Shown here in pieces: positions 14,007 to 25,400 of a stretch of 64,000 bases of DNA. The notes under the pieces were generated by a model. That model was given only the letters and a program-made list of their open reading frames with translations, was not told the DNA's origin and did not search any database. This DNA is from Azolla caroliniana (taxonomy: Eukaryota > Plantae > Polypodiophyta): contig JBHGNT010000008.1 of assembly GCA_043228905.1 (NCBI GenBank), positions 21,204,001-21,268,000 of the forward strand, written 5' to 3'. Position 1 is the stretch's first letter. Every line of letters begins with the position of its first letter. The position numbers and the translations under genes were made by a program.

Positions 14007-14075
14007 GTATGTATGTATGGTATGTATGTATGTATATATGTATGGTATGTATGTATGTATGTGTGTGTGTATATG
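14007..14075. repeat. (TATG)n/(TG)n microsatellite immediately upstream of the oxidase start codon
   Basis: Imperfect GTAT repeats followed by GT repeats, about 20-85 bp upstream of the ATG. Confidence 0.85.
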
Positions 14076-14359
14076 TCTTCTTTCTTTGTGCTAGGGTTTT
14101 GTGTTTTCTGCTGCTAATTTGATGCCCCTCCCTTGTCCCAGTAGAGTGAAGCTTCTTCTGCTTACCTCTCCTTCCTTCTTTCTTACCCAGCCGTGGATCG
14201 AATCTCCCCTATCCAAAACCCTGCTGAAGCTGTATATGGAGGGTTTCTGCTCTGATCCACTACTGAATAGATTATACACACACACATACACATACTCTGA
14301 ATACTTATGATACATACAAACTGTAGGAAGCTATGGTGTTGATCCAGCCCTTTCTCTGG

Positions 14360-14367
14360 TTTTTATA
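14360..14367 (-). promoter_or_regulatory. Candidate TATA box for the oxidase gene
   Basis: TATAAAAA on the - strand about 370 bp upstream of the ATG, downstream of a long (GA)n tract. Position only; no transcript data. Confidence 0.4.
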
Positions 14368-14485
14368 CACTTCCCAGGTCGCCCCCTTCTGTCTCTGTCG
14401 CCTCTGTCTCTGTCTCTCCTTCAATGCCTGAGTGAGCCACACTACTTATACTCATGGTCCTGCTGTGCAGCCCTACTCCACTACA

Positions 14486-14487
<2 letters not shown>

Positions 14488-14532
<45 letters not shown>
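14488..14532. repeat. (CT)n/(GA)n microsatellite in the oxidase promoter region
   Basis: About 22 CT units. GAGA-type tracts are known BBR/BPC binding sites in plants. Confidence 0.9.
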
Positions 14533-14534
<2 letters not shown>

Positions 14535-14752
14535 GATTTCTCTCTCATCACTCTCTCTCTCTCATGTGAGCTTTTTTTTTCTCATCTTCTTCTTTTCTTT
14601 TTCTTTTTTCTTCTTTGTTTTGCTTCACTTCAATGAGGAACTTTTTTATTTTTTTTTGGTGATCTATAGTTTTTTGGGTCCCCACTTTGGCTCTTATTTT
14701 TCTTCAAATGTGCTGGCCAGCTACATATCGAAAACCCCTCCTCATGTATGTA

Positions 14753-14754
<2 letters not shown>

Positions 14755-14807
<53 letters not shown>

Positions 14808-14808
14808 G
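14755..14808. repeat. (TGTATG)9 hexanucleotide microsatellite
   Basis: Nine perfect TGTATG units. Confidence 0.95.
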
Positions 14809-14985
14809 TGTCATAAGTGATTCTTGTCATCCGCCCCTGCCACTACACTGCCAACCCAAATCCGCGTCTCACTTGCCCTCGATCCCGACTCCTGTCCGCT
14901 CCTAGTCAATCAACGTCCCTCTCTCGTTTTCCTACCTTCCTATCAGCACGGCTCGTGTTTTTTCAGCCCTTGACCATACCCTTGT

Positions 14986-15218
14986 CGATAGCACATGCAC
15001 GTGATGCAACAACATCTGGACAGCTCAAGAATCCACTCTTGTGATCCATTAGAACAAGCTTGTGCCTTTTTTGTAATGTTGTGCACGTCACACTCGTGTG
15101 CGTCGATGGCACATGCGTGCAACGCAAACCTTTGGTCATCTCGAGAAGCCACTCTCGTGATCCATAGATTAAGTTTGTGCTTTTTTGTGACACCATGCAC
15201 ATTACACTCTTGCGTGCG
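14986..15218. repeat. Diverged tandem duplication, two units of about 116 bp
   Basis: CGAT.GCACATGC...CCACTCT.GTGATCCAT...TTGTGC.TTTTT...TGCAC.T.ACACTC occurs twice. Confidence 0.75.
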
Positions 15219-18200
15219 GAAGTGGATCAAAAGTTTAGTGGGGTCCATACCTCTCTGTTGACGTACACCATGTATACTACGAATGCTTCTAGGACCAATT
15301 AACCCACACCAAATAGTATAACACAATGGTGAATGGGAGCACATGGACCATTTTGCTCACCGAGTCTAAATCACATGCAATACTATCAAAGCCATCAAAC
15401 TCTATATGCAATAATATCGTAGCAGAGCAAAGGGCAACATCCGTGGTGGTTGATGTTTTACTTCTGAGCAATCACTCTCATACAAAAAATGTCGAGCCTC
15501 CTCCAAAATAGGTATTCAAGCCCTATGTCCATGTTCTCTATGAAATTTGAAAGGTTTTTTGTGTGCTCAAACCACTACTTGATTGGGCTTGTGCGATATG
15601 CATATGGACAATTTGCACCCCTTTGATTACTCTTTAAATTGCCCCACATTTGGGATTATTCACTGACAAGTGAATCTAACAATAAAATTCAATATAATAA
15701 GGCCAAACACTAAGGTGCATAGGTTAACCCAAAATTTTGCTTGCCACAAGGATGACACGTTAACATACCCACTTTCTTTCGCATTGTCCCTTGATATATA
15801 CAATGATGCGCATCTCATTCATGATGTGCAACCATTGACCAAATACACACCTCTCCACAACAATCTAGGATAATGACCGGTAGATGGGAGAAAGTGACGA
15901 GTGACAACAATTTATGTGGAAGGGAAATATGGTTAGAAGAACATGTATTGTAAGAATCGGAAGCATATAGAGTTCTCTATTTTGAGAAGGTTTTGGATCA
16001 TGTCATGCAATTGCGAGGACCAAAATTGTGCAGGGCTCTTACTTGTGGCAGTTCAGACGCATAGATAAACTATATATCAAGGACATGGTATCCTTACGAT
16101 GGTTGGAATAGATCATGGCAACCATCTTAAAACCTAAATGGAGTACATGAGATGCAATTGAACTTGTTGCAAGGGGTCATCAATTTGGAGAAACTTGAAG
16201 AACTCATACATAGAAGATATCCAAGACCATTTGAGATAAGAATGATACACCTTATCCACAAACAAGTAAGATCTCCCGAGGCATCGTTCTTTGACTCTCA
16301 AATATTTTTGGCCTCAGAGTTCTTGAGCTTGAAACCTCAACTTACAACACCTTTCAACTTTTTGACCCAATTATATGCCCTTGTCTCTTCCTAGACAAGA
16401 GATTGCACTAAATTGTTTATTCTCCCTCATGGGCACCGTAACCTTAATCTTGATGGGCTCCTCTTTGCATTGATCTTGACCCTGACATAAAGGAGTGTGG
16501 TGGTTAGTTATCCATTTGCACACGCTTTGCAATGATTGGGAGAAAATACCAAAAGTATCCTCGTAATACTCTGACAAATAAGTACCCTAACTAGTTTCTG
16601 GAATATCTAAAGTGCCCTTGGCTCAATGAGAGTTAGATTTTCAAATGCCTTTACACAAACACACACAAATACATTTTTACGAAAAGGAAAGAAGATACAT
16701 ACATTATTAATGTCCAATCGACATTGACTAGATAGTCAAAGAAGAAGGAAAATGGTATGTCAACACCACACTTTAAATTTGGTTTCTCATTATAACTTTC
16801 CCAATAATTCTTCTTTGTTTGTATCTATTGGATTTCTTCTACTAGGATCTCTGGTTTAGGGTCCTCCACTTGTCGATACCTCCAATTATTTTCTCTCCTA
16901 TGTTTTGTATAAAACTTTTGACACCTATGTTAACCATTGCACGTTGGTATTCAAGTAGCCACCCGTTGATACCTTTTATGATGAGCACACTACTTCTAAC
17001 TTCTCTCCTGAGAACAAAAATTGCGAAGCACAATTATACTTCTAAAGGCACATCTAAAGATAAGTAATGTGAATCAATTTAGTCATATGGTTTATCAAGA
17101 CATAGGAAGAATCTATTTGAAACCATCAAGTTTCTTTGAAGAGCAACTAACATGTCCTTTGCATTGCATTGCTATTTTTATTGGATGCAACTTGTACATT
17201 CGTAAATTAAAGCTCAGTGGGAAGAGTATGATGCTCTTGAAAACATGAAAGGCATCCCAAGAGACCTTATTTAGAACCTCACAAGGTCTTCTTCTCTCAC
17301 CTATTTTAATAGATAGGAATCCCGCTCTTCACATCAATTTTGTTTTAACACTGAAGATGTAACCTCTTGTTTGATCTTATTTGCCATTTTGTTCTCTTCG
17401 AAGAAGGTAAACTTTCTTTCTTTCTTTCTTTCTACCATCATATATGATTAATGTGTAACTAATTTATCATCATATTAGGTTTTTGGAACGGGGACCATAT
17501 CTCATCTGACCATGAGAAAAAGTAGAGTCGTGACATTTTTAATTGATTTTTACTTGAACCTGCACAAGTTTTTTGTCATATTAAGATTTAACGAATGGGA
17601 ATCAACGTACCATGTGAGCCTTAAAAAAGGGTAGGGATAATATATTTTGATGGTCTTTCATATGGAGCCACATGAAAATGTATTGATAAACTACAACAAA
17701 GTATTTGAATTTGCCTTCAAATTATTGATGTTTCTACCTTGGTAACCTCATCCTAAGATAAACATTCATAACTTTACCTATTTTTATCACATCTTAGAAA
17801 TATATAGAGCGGAAGTTATGATATTTCACAAGATAGCTATAGTTACAAAACATGTTATCGAGCAAGTTCATCATATTTTAAATCCATCATCGATAAAAAT
17901 ATAAAAGTTATCCATATACTAGATGCAAAAAATAACTCATTCCAACTCACCCTCTCTACACCATGAGATCAATTTCTTAAGGTAGCTCTAACGTGTTCCC
18001 AAGTTGACTGGTAATTGGAATTTTCACAAAATATAAGATCCATGATCTAAAAGCACCTATGATGGATGTGCACACCGAATTTGTGTCCAACCCATCTTTC
18101 CCTTTTAACAATCTAGCCATATGATATATCTAATTGTTCCCTCATTAGTTTAGGAAGTTCTATTGGTCACGAGACATGTAGTCGATGACATGGGTTGTTG

Positions 18201-18672
18201 GGCTCTATGGACAATGTAAACCATAAAAATGATTTAGATATTCCTCAGGTGACCTCCTTATGTTGCTATAACTTTACCTTACTTGCACTACCAAATAATG
18301 AAATTTTAGTACACTAAATTCCTTTCAATACCAAACAAATGTCCGTACATCTTGCGAATCGCTAGAGAAATAAGCTTAGTTAGTGTCATAGTTGTATGCC
18401 TCTTCTTATGAGCTCCACAACTCTACAACTAGAGGATGTCCTTAGGGATGCTATGAAAAAACTTGGATATGTAAATCAAAGACCATAGTATTTGTAAAAT
18501 GGAAAGAGGATTAAAATTCTTTCTTTTGGACAATATTATAGATAAATGATGCAAGATGGCTTAAAAAGATTTTTTTAATGAAATGCATGAACAAGCCCCT
18601 TGATCTTGGAAGTCAGTCCTCGCATTGATTACATGATACCTTGGTCTTGTTTTCTAAACAATACCATAAAAT

Positions 18673-18940
18673 AAGATCATTATAATAACTAATAGTCAAT
18701 AAAACATTGCAGAATCATTGCAAAAGGACAATATATTTGTTTAGTTTTGAGCTTCTCTTAATAAGAAAAAGGATAACACAAGATCATTATAATAACTAAT
18801 ATTCAATAAAATATTGCAGAATCATTGCAAAAGGATAACATATTCATTTAAGTTTGAGCTTCTCTTAATAAGATCATTATAATAACTAATCTTCAATGAA
18901 ACATTGAATAATTATTGCAAAAGGATAACACACTCATTTT
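18673..18940. repeat. Tandem repeat, three units of about 90-107 bp
   Basis: AAGATCATTATAATAACTAAT...ATTGCAAAAGGA starts at about 18673, 18780 and 18870. Confidence 0.9.
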
Positions 18941-19458
18941 ATTTTGGATTTAATCATAAATAAGTTACATATATTAGGCAAGTCAAGACATGCTTTGTGG
19001 TCATATATTAAGTAATGATAGTGTATGACATCTTTATCAAGGAAATTAGGGCACATTGTCTTAAATGTTCACACGTAGTGGTGAGCACTAGGCATTATCA
19101 TTGATAAACAAGTGAAGCATGAATATTATGGCATCATTAGTGTTACACGGAATCTTAACTTGTTGAAGGTCAACTTGTGGAGGTGCCAATTCACATTGGT
19201 TCTATATGTAAGTGAAGCGGCATGATTGATGTGGCAAGATGCAACACACTTGGTATGTATGACCATGTTGGGGAATGGGATATGGAGGACTTAGACTATA
19301 TATGGGATGTGTGTGTTTTAGGAGGAGGGAAACTTTAAAATTAGTGCATGTAGAAATGTATGAGTTGATCTATCAATGGTATGTTACTAGCCGTCTATAA
19401 TGTTATTATGTTAGATATTGGTTGAGTTTGCTGATAGGCCAATAACTACGTTGTCCTT

Positions 19459-19790
19459 CCAATTTATCGATATAAGCCCCCATGGGCAGCCATGATTAAT
19501 GTTTGAGAAATGTTTTATTTACTAGTAGATGGACATTCCTTTGCATGCTTGAAACAATAAACATTTATGGGAAAATACTAGAAACTTGTAGGGTCTAAAT
19601 ATTTTATTTCGTCAAACTATCTCCTTTGCCAATAGTTGTGTTATTTTTCCAAATTATTGACATAAGCTTCCATGGGGAGGGAGATCAGACCTCATTAGAT
19701 GGACACTTTGCATTCTTGAGATAATAAACATTTATGGGAAAATACTACAAATTTGTAGGGTCTATATATTTAATTTCGTCAAACTATCTC
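19459..19790. repeat. Direct duplication (about 140-165 bp)
   Basis: TAGATGGACA...AATAAACATTTATGGGAAAATACTA...TTGTAGGGTCTA...TTTCGTCAAACTATCTC occurs twice. Confidence 0.85.
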
Positions 19791-21396
19791 ATCTTTGGAG
19801 AATATTTCCAACTAGCTAGTTTAATATTTGATTCAGTTTAATTGTATCATATATAGGGAAAAAGATTTAAAAACAAGGAATGGTTTAGAAACCTTAATCG
19901 CAAACACTTGCCATGACCTGTGTGCAGGTGCGTTTGTGCGTGTATGTAGTTAAAAGAAACTAAAATTTTAAATAATATATACACATAGCAGATAAACAAT
20001 GGGAAAGGAACCTTCGAAGATGACATATTTTGAAACGTGATTTGGGATCATTTATAACTTAAACAACTTTATAAATCAACAACAACAATAAGATATAAGC
20101 CGAAATAATGCGGGGGATGCTAGCTGTCTTGGTCATGTTTTCGGGAAAAAAATGTGCATCATAGTAAACATAACCACAACCCACTCTTGGCACCAATATG
20201 CACCAATCATTTTCTAATATAATCTTGTTCATGCTCAAAAAACAAAGTCCCAAATAATAATAATATGGGAAAGAAAACATATAAAAAGTCAAAGGTTATA
20301 CACACGCTTTCTTAAATGTGGCCACGTGTGCCAACCCTTCCTATATATATTCTCTGTATAAAGCTTCCATAATTAAACTTGCAATTCATTGAAGGAAACA
20401 AAAAGCAAACGTGTTTCTTCATGGTCGAAATAGAAGGATACTTGAGCATTTCAAATTAAAAAAAGATAAAAATAGAGTACCGCACAACTAAGCTTGAAAA
20501 AAATAGAATCGTCCTAAACTTTGATGAAAAAGAATACACTTGCATGAACATCATCAAGCTTGAAAAAGAAAACAATGGAATCTTGGAGGTTGAACAATTG
20601 ACTGAATGTTGGAGCTCAAAAACTGCTGGAATCATGGACATTGAAAATGATTATCAAGAAACCCACTAGCAATAATTTGCGCCTTTTGTTTTCCCATGAA
20701 GCATTCTCGTGTGCTATCATGGTACTTTAAAATACCAACCAATGCCAAAAGCTCAGTGAATGAATTGTCAATGTCAATATGTCTGTAAATTTAAACCCTT
20801 ATTGTTGTCACTAGACGCATTTACCTATACGGAGTACGTGTCCAAACATAGTTTCATCGTCTTGACAAATTATTTACCTTGTAAAACGTTGAAATGATTT
20901 GAAGCTTTTAAAACATTTTTAATAACAAAAAAGAAATTGAGGTATTTGGCAATAAAGAGAGTACATATGTGCATATCGATATATAACCACATAGGCTAAC
21001 AAGGGGATTGACTTATGTTTTGTCCAAATATGGAGTTGGATTTATCATAGCACACAAATAATGCAACTCTCTTGCTAATAAAACAAAAAATTGACAGGGC
21101 AATGACATTGAAACAATTTATGCTACAAATAATAGGATGTATCTCTTTCTATTGATATAAAATATTAAACAGGGATCAATCAAGAAAAATAACTTAAGGC
21201 ACGTGATCCATGTTTATTAAGGAGGAACTAACCTTTTAAAATGTTCAAAACAATAACTATTTATGTGATGGTGTATGTTTAAGTATCCTTTAGACATTTC
21301 ACATTCGATGCTTTAGCGTGGGGATACACATAAAGACTCATTATAGAAATTGGGCAATATCATTTGAACATGATCCATGTAGCTAGAAGCTTGAGC

Positions 21397-21397
21397 T

Positions 21398-21475
<78 letters not shown>
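21397..21475. repeat. Compound (TC)n(AC)n microsatellite
   Basis: About 12 TC units followed directly by about 27 CA units. Confidence 0.95.
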
Positions 21476-21477
<2 letters not shown>

Positions 21478-21630
21478 CTTAATAATTATACTAGTTGTAA
21501 GTCAAGATCACAATCATTGTATCTTTAACAACACATAATTATATAAGAGGACTAAAGGAAGCTAAATTAACTTGGTGGCTTTTTATCTCTTTGTTCTTTT
21601 AGTAGATGTGTGTAAGCACGATAATGTCTC

Positions 21631-23055
21631 TGTTGAGTGACAAGCTCAACATGGGCCGGCTGGCCTAAGAAGCTGGAAGCCGGATCGAACGAAGGTCGAT
21701 CCGCTAGGCCGGATTGGCCGAAGAAGCCGAGAGTTGGATCAGACGAAGGCCGATCGGCTAAGCCAAATCGGTGGGGAGCCAACAGGCCGAGAGGAGCCTA
21801 TATTCCTATTTTAGTAAATAGGAATATTTTAGCTCGTTAGTGTTAGAGCTCATTCATGAGTATTAAAGTACTGATAGTACTTGTGTCAGCCCACCTATCA
21901 AGGCTTGTATAAAAAGTGCTCTGTGAGCACAATTGTATGTACTGAGTCATTCCGTAATAGAATTGTTTCGTTTTCGTCTGCTTACTTAGTCTCTCTCTCT
22001 CTCTCTCCCCTATATTCTCTATGCATACCTAACTGTTTGTTGCTATTTGGCTAAGCTGGTTGCATTTGTTGTTTGTAAGCTTCTACACATGCTATTCTTT
22101 TACATGGTATCAGAGTGCTAGGGTTGAAGATCCTCTACAGCCGATAAAGCGAACAAAACACAAAGAAAAGCTTTTGTCTTCCAGACAAGTATAGACAGGA
22201 ACATGGATAGAGGAATGGGCAACTCGATTGCGACGAAGAAGCTTGACAGAAGCAACTATGCATCTTGGTCGTACAAGATGCAATAGTACTTGCTGGACAT
22301 GGGTATTGGAGCTATGTCGAAGGAGCAAACGAGGTACCACCAGAGCCGACAAACAAAGATTTCCCAGTTTGGGAGCAAGCAGCAAGTCGAGTCTTGTATT
22401 GCTTTGCCTTGTGTGTTCATGACTAGATGCTTGGATACATAACAGACGCGAAGTCGTCGAAGGATGCTTGGGGGAACCTAAAGAGGGTCTTCGCCACCAA
22501 CACCACAACCCGTAAATTGCAGCTCAAGCGTGAGCTCAACAACATCCGATAAGGAGGTATGTCGATCACTCTCTACACCACAAGGATCAAAGAGATATGT
22601 GATGCACTTGGCTCCATCAACACGACTGTAGACGAAGACGAGATGGTACAGATATGCCGTGGTTGTCTAGCGCAAAAGTAAGGGTTGATTCAGACGGTTA
22701 TCTGCATGAGAGAGAAGCCTCCGTCATTTTTCGACTTGCAGTCGATGGTCCTTGTAGAGGTGAACCACATGGGTGCGTCAACAAGCACACACATTGAAAA
22801 CAATATGCTGTACATAGAGGCGGATCGACACACAATGGACTTGTATATATAAAGTGTATTTGAGCACTATTGTTTATACTGAACACTAAGCATTTTTCTG
22901 TAATAGAATTTTTGTTGTCTATTGTCACTTAGTCTCTCTCTCTCTCTCTCTCTCCTGTATTTTGTATTTTGTGTTCTGTGTTAATGAACTGTTCATCTTC
23001 TGGATAACCGACTGTCTGTCAGTTCACAAGCTTCCGCATATTGTAAATCTTTTCA
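21631..23055 (+). mobile_element. Ty1/copia remnant: 5' LTR, PBS and gag fused to a partial related LTR
   Basis: LTR 21631-22104 (TGTTGAG...TTTTACA), PBS TGGTATCAGAG at 22105-22115, and gag from 22203 (KLDRSNYASWSYKMQ). The sequence switches abruptly at about 22835 to LTR-like DNA ending TTTCA at 23055. No TSD match. Confidence 0.85.
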
Positions 23056-23885
23056 ATGTTGAAACAACTAATCTTCATTATGACAATGTTTCAAGAATTC
23101 ATGTTGTTGTGAAAATCATGTCGAGTGCGCAGACAAACATGGGGCCTCTAACCGTTAGGTGTGCTTAGCTTCGTTGGCGAACTCAAAATTTCATACACAA
23201 TCTTAGGTAGTTTTATCTCTTGAATGAGTTTTCACTTATTTATTTCAAAAATATATGATTAACTATATATTCAACTGTAGCCATATATATATAGTTTCTC
23301 TCCCCGAATGAGAGATTGACTAGATTCAATGTACTTTCCATAGTTTCATGTTTAGAAAAACATGGGTTATTGATGCACAAAAACCATGAGCCTAACCAAT
23401 GGTTTTGTATATTTTTTATGAATAGCATCACTCATTATAATTATTTTTACTAAATGAACAACACTAGTAATAGTTACATATATTTGTCAGGGCCATACCT
23501 AATAACAAGATTGACTTGAAGAAGAGAATGAGAAGAGGGAAATGAGAGAGGAATAAGACGACATTGGCAATATATTAACAATAAGAACAATATGCTGAAG
23601 ATTGGCGTTGAACCAGAATGGTTTATTAATACTCAAACACATGTTTATATAGTATGGTTTGGACATATGTATGCTCGTCACCTTGCATGCATACATGATT
23701 CCTAGTTGGCATTCATGCAAGCATGACATTTGGTATCATGCACAAACCTATGCAAGGTGGCGAAATTTCATAAGATTATGTTTATATTATTGGTGATCTA
23801 ATTAAAATTATTTCATGTATGATATGAAAATTTTATGGGTTCAAATCTTTATGATGAGTTTGGAGTTTTGATTTATGTTAATTGG

Positions 23886-24078
23886 ACATTATCCTCTTCC
23901 TTGGCTTATTCAGATATTGATAATGAAATTCAAGTGTAAGTTCTATGACATTATTGACATTCTCAATAGGCTCCCATGCTTGATCTTGCGTCTTTCTGGT
24001 GATGATTGGAGTATTATGTAAATGGTGCAAAAGAGTAATTTGAACTTGGATTTTAAAGATTTCTGGATGCTCAAGCAT
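23886..24078 (-). mobile_element. Chromovirus (Tcn1-like Ty3/gypsy) integrase C-terminus, chromodomain and PPT fragment
   Basis: LEHPEIFKI and AWEPIENVNNVIELTLEFHYQYLNKP (chromodomain tail), followed by purine-rich GGAAGAGGATAA|TGTC. Confidence 0.7.
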
Positions 24079-24180
24079 TGTCCAATGAGGATGAGCACCA
24101 TGTTGGCAAATAAAAGAGTAAATTCGGTGGACGAATGAATGGATTTATTGAGTTGGTTGTTTTGGCAAATTTCTTGGTTG

Positions 24181-24536
24181 CCAACTTGATACAATGTATC
24201 AAATTCCCGACAAGGAAATTGGTCAAGCCCACCAGCTCGTTACATTGTATCAAATTGGTGTGTAAATGTGTTGAGCATGATCGGCCACTATGCAAGAACT
24301 CGATATGTTGTATCGATTTGGTGGTCTTGGCTATTTTCATCTAGGCCAACTCAATATAATGTATCGAATAACTGAGAAGGCAAAAGGCGAGGATTACCAA
24401 CTCAATACAGTGTATCACGTTGGTCGTGTAGGGCATTGTGCCAACTCGATAAATTGTATCGAGTTTGAGTTGGTGTGTATATGTGTTGAACCTGATGTGC
24501 CATTGTACAATAACTCAATACATTGTATAAATTTAC
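24181..24536. repeat. Array of seven degenerate 27-bp palindromes (CCAACTCGATACA-N-TGTATCGAGTTGG) with variable spacers
   Basis: Copies start at 24181, 24232, 24295, 24346, 24397, 24441 and 24510. Spacers are 24, 36, 24, 24, 17 and 42 bp. Confidence 0.85.
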
Positions 24537-25400
24537 AAACGTTGTGGGTCACTTTGGTGATCATTAATGAACAGTCTGTACAGTTTGGAGAAGACATACT
24601 TGGAGTCTGTTTGCAATGTCTTCTTGCTCGACATGTCTCTGTGTAGGTTGTGTTGTCTCTATATATCGCTAATGATGGTCTGACATGTCTCTGTCTTTGT
24701 CTATGCTTTGTGTGCTCTCTGTGTGTGCTATGTTTTCTCTGTGTGCCTCCTATAAAAAAAAAAGGGGCCTTTCCTATTTATAGGGCATGAAGAACTAGGG
24801 TTAGGGTAGGGTTAGTTAGTATACCTACGGTTTGAGTAGGGTTAGTTTGTATAGTTGTAGGGTTTGGGTAGGGTTAATGTAAAGAATCAACTATGATTCT
24901 GTGCAGCAGAAGATATGTGTTTGAGTATGTGTGTCAGATAGAGGAGAGAAGAGAAACATAAGTTAGATTAGATAGAATGGAAAAATAGAATACTCAAGAC
25001 GAAGATGTATATTAATAAGGAATATGAGATACAAAAAATGTAGCATTACAAGGGAGGACAACTGACACTCTATGAAGTAGGAGGAGGGTGCTTTATATAA
25101 GGTCACCCTCTCTCTTCATTAACTCACTACAACAACCACTCTCTCTTGGGGAATGTGGAGACTAATTAGTCATGGGGAATATGAAACTCATTAGTTGTGT
25201 CATACAATATGATTCTATGACACATACTTAATGTGTAGAGAGTAGTGGTGTGACTTTTGACCTTTGAGTGCTCATAGATTCTCAAAGGGTGTGTTCACAC
25301 ACAAGGCTAGGTTGAGCTTGATTCTCAACACGCCCCCTCAAGCTCAACTTGGTCAGCTCCTTTCGGTTGATGTCCGCTTCGGCTCGTACATGGTTCAGAC

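Noticed and set aside
14363-14905. Short ORFs with ER, SL, CM, TY or CV repeats
   Set aside because: These are translations of microsatellites.
15880-17400. Possible decayed LINE or DNA transposon fragments
   Set aside because: No recognisable RT, endonuclease or transposase motif; too degenerate to call.
24181-24536. Bona fide CRISPR array
   Set aside because: The context is eukaryotic, there are no cas genes, the repeats are degenerate, spacer lengths are irregular and two spacers are related. It is kept as a palindrome array.
24796-24877. Telomere or interstitial telomeric array
   Set aside because: Only short, irregular AGGGTT-like units are present, not tandem TTTAGGG. Treated as telo-box-like or low-complexity sequence.
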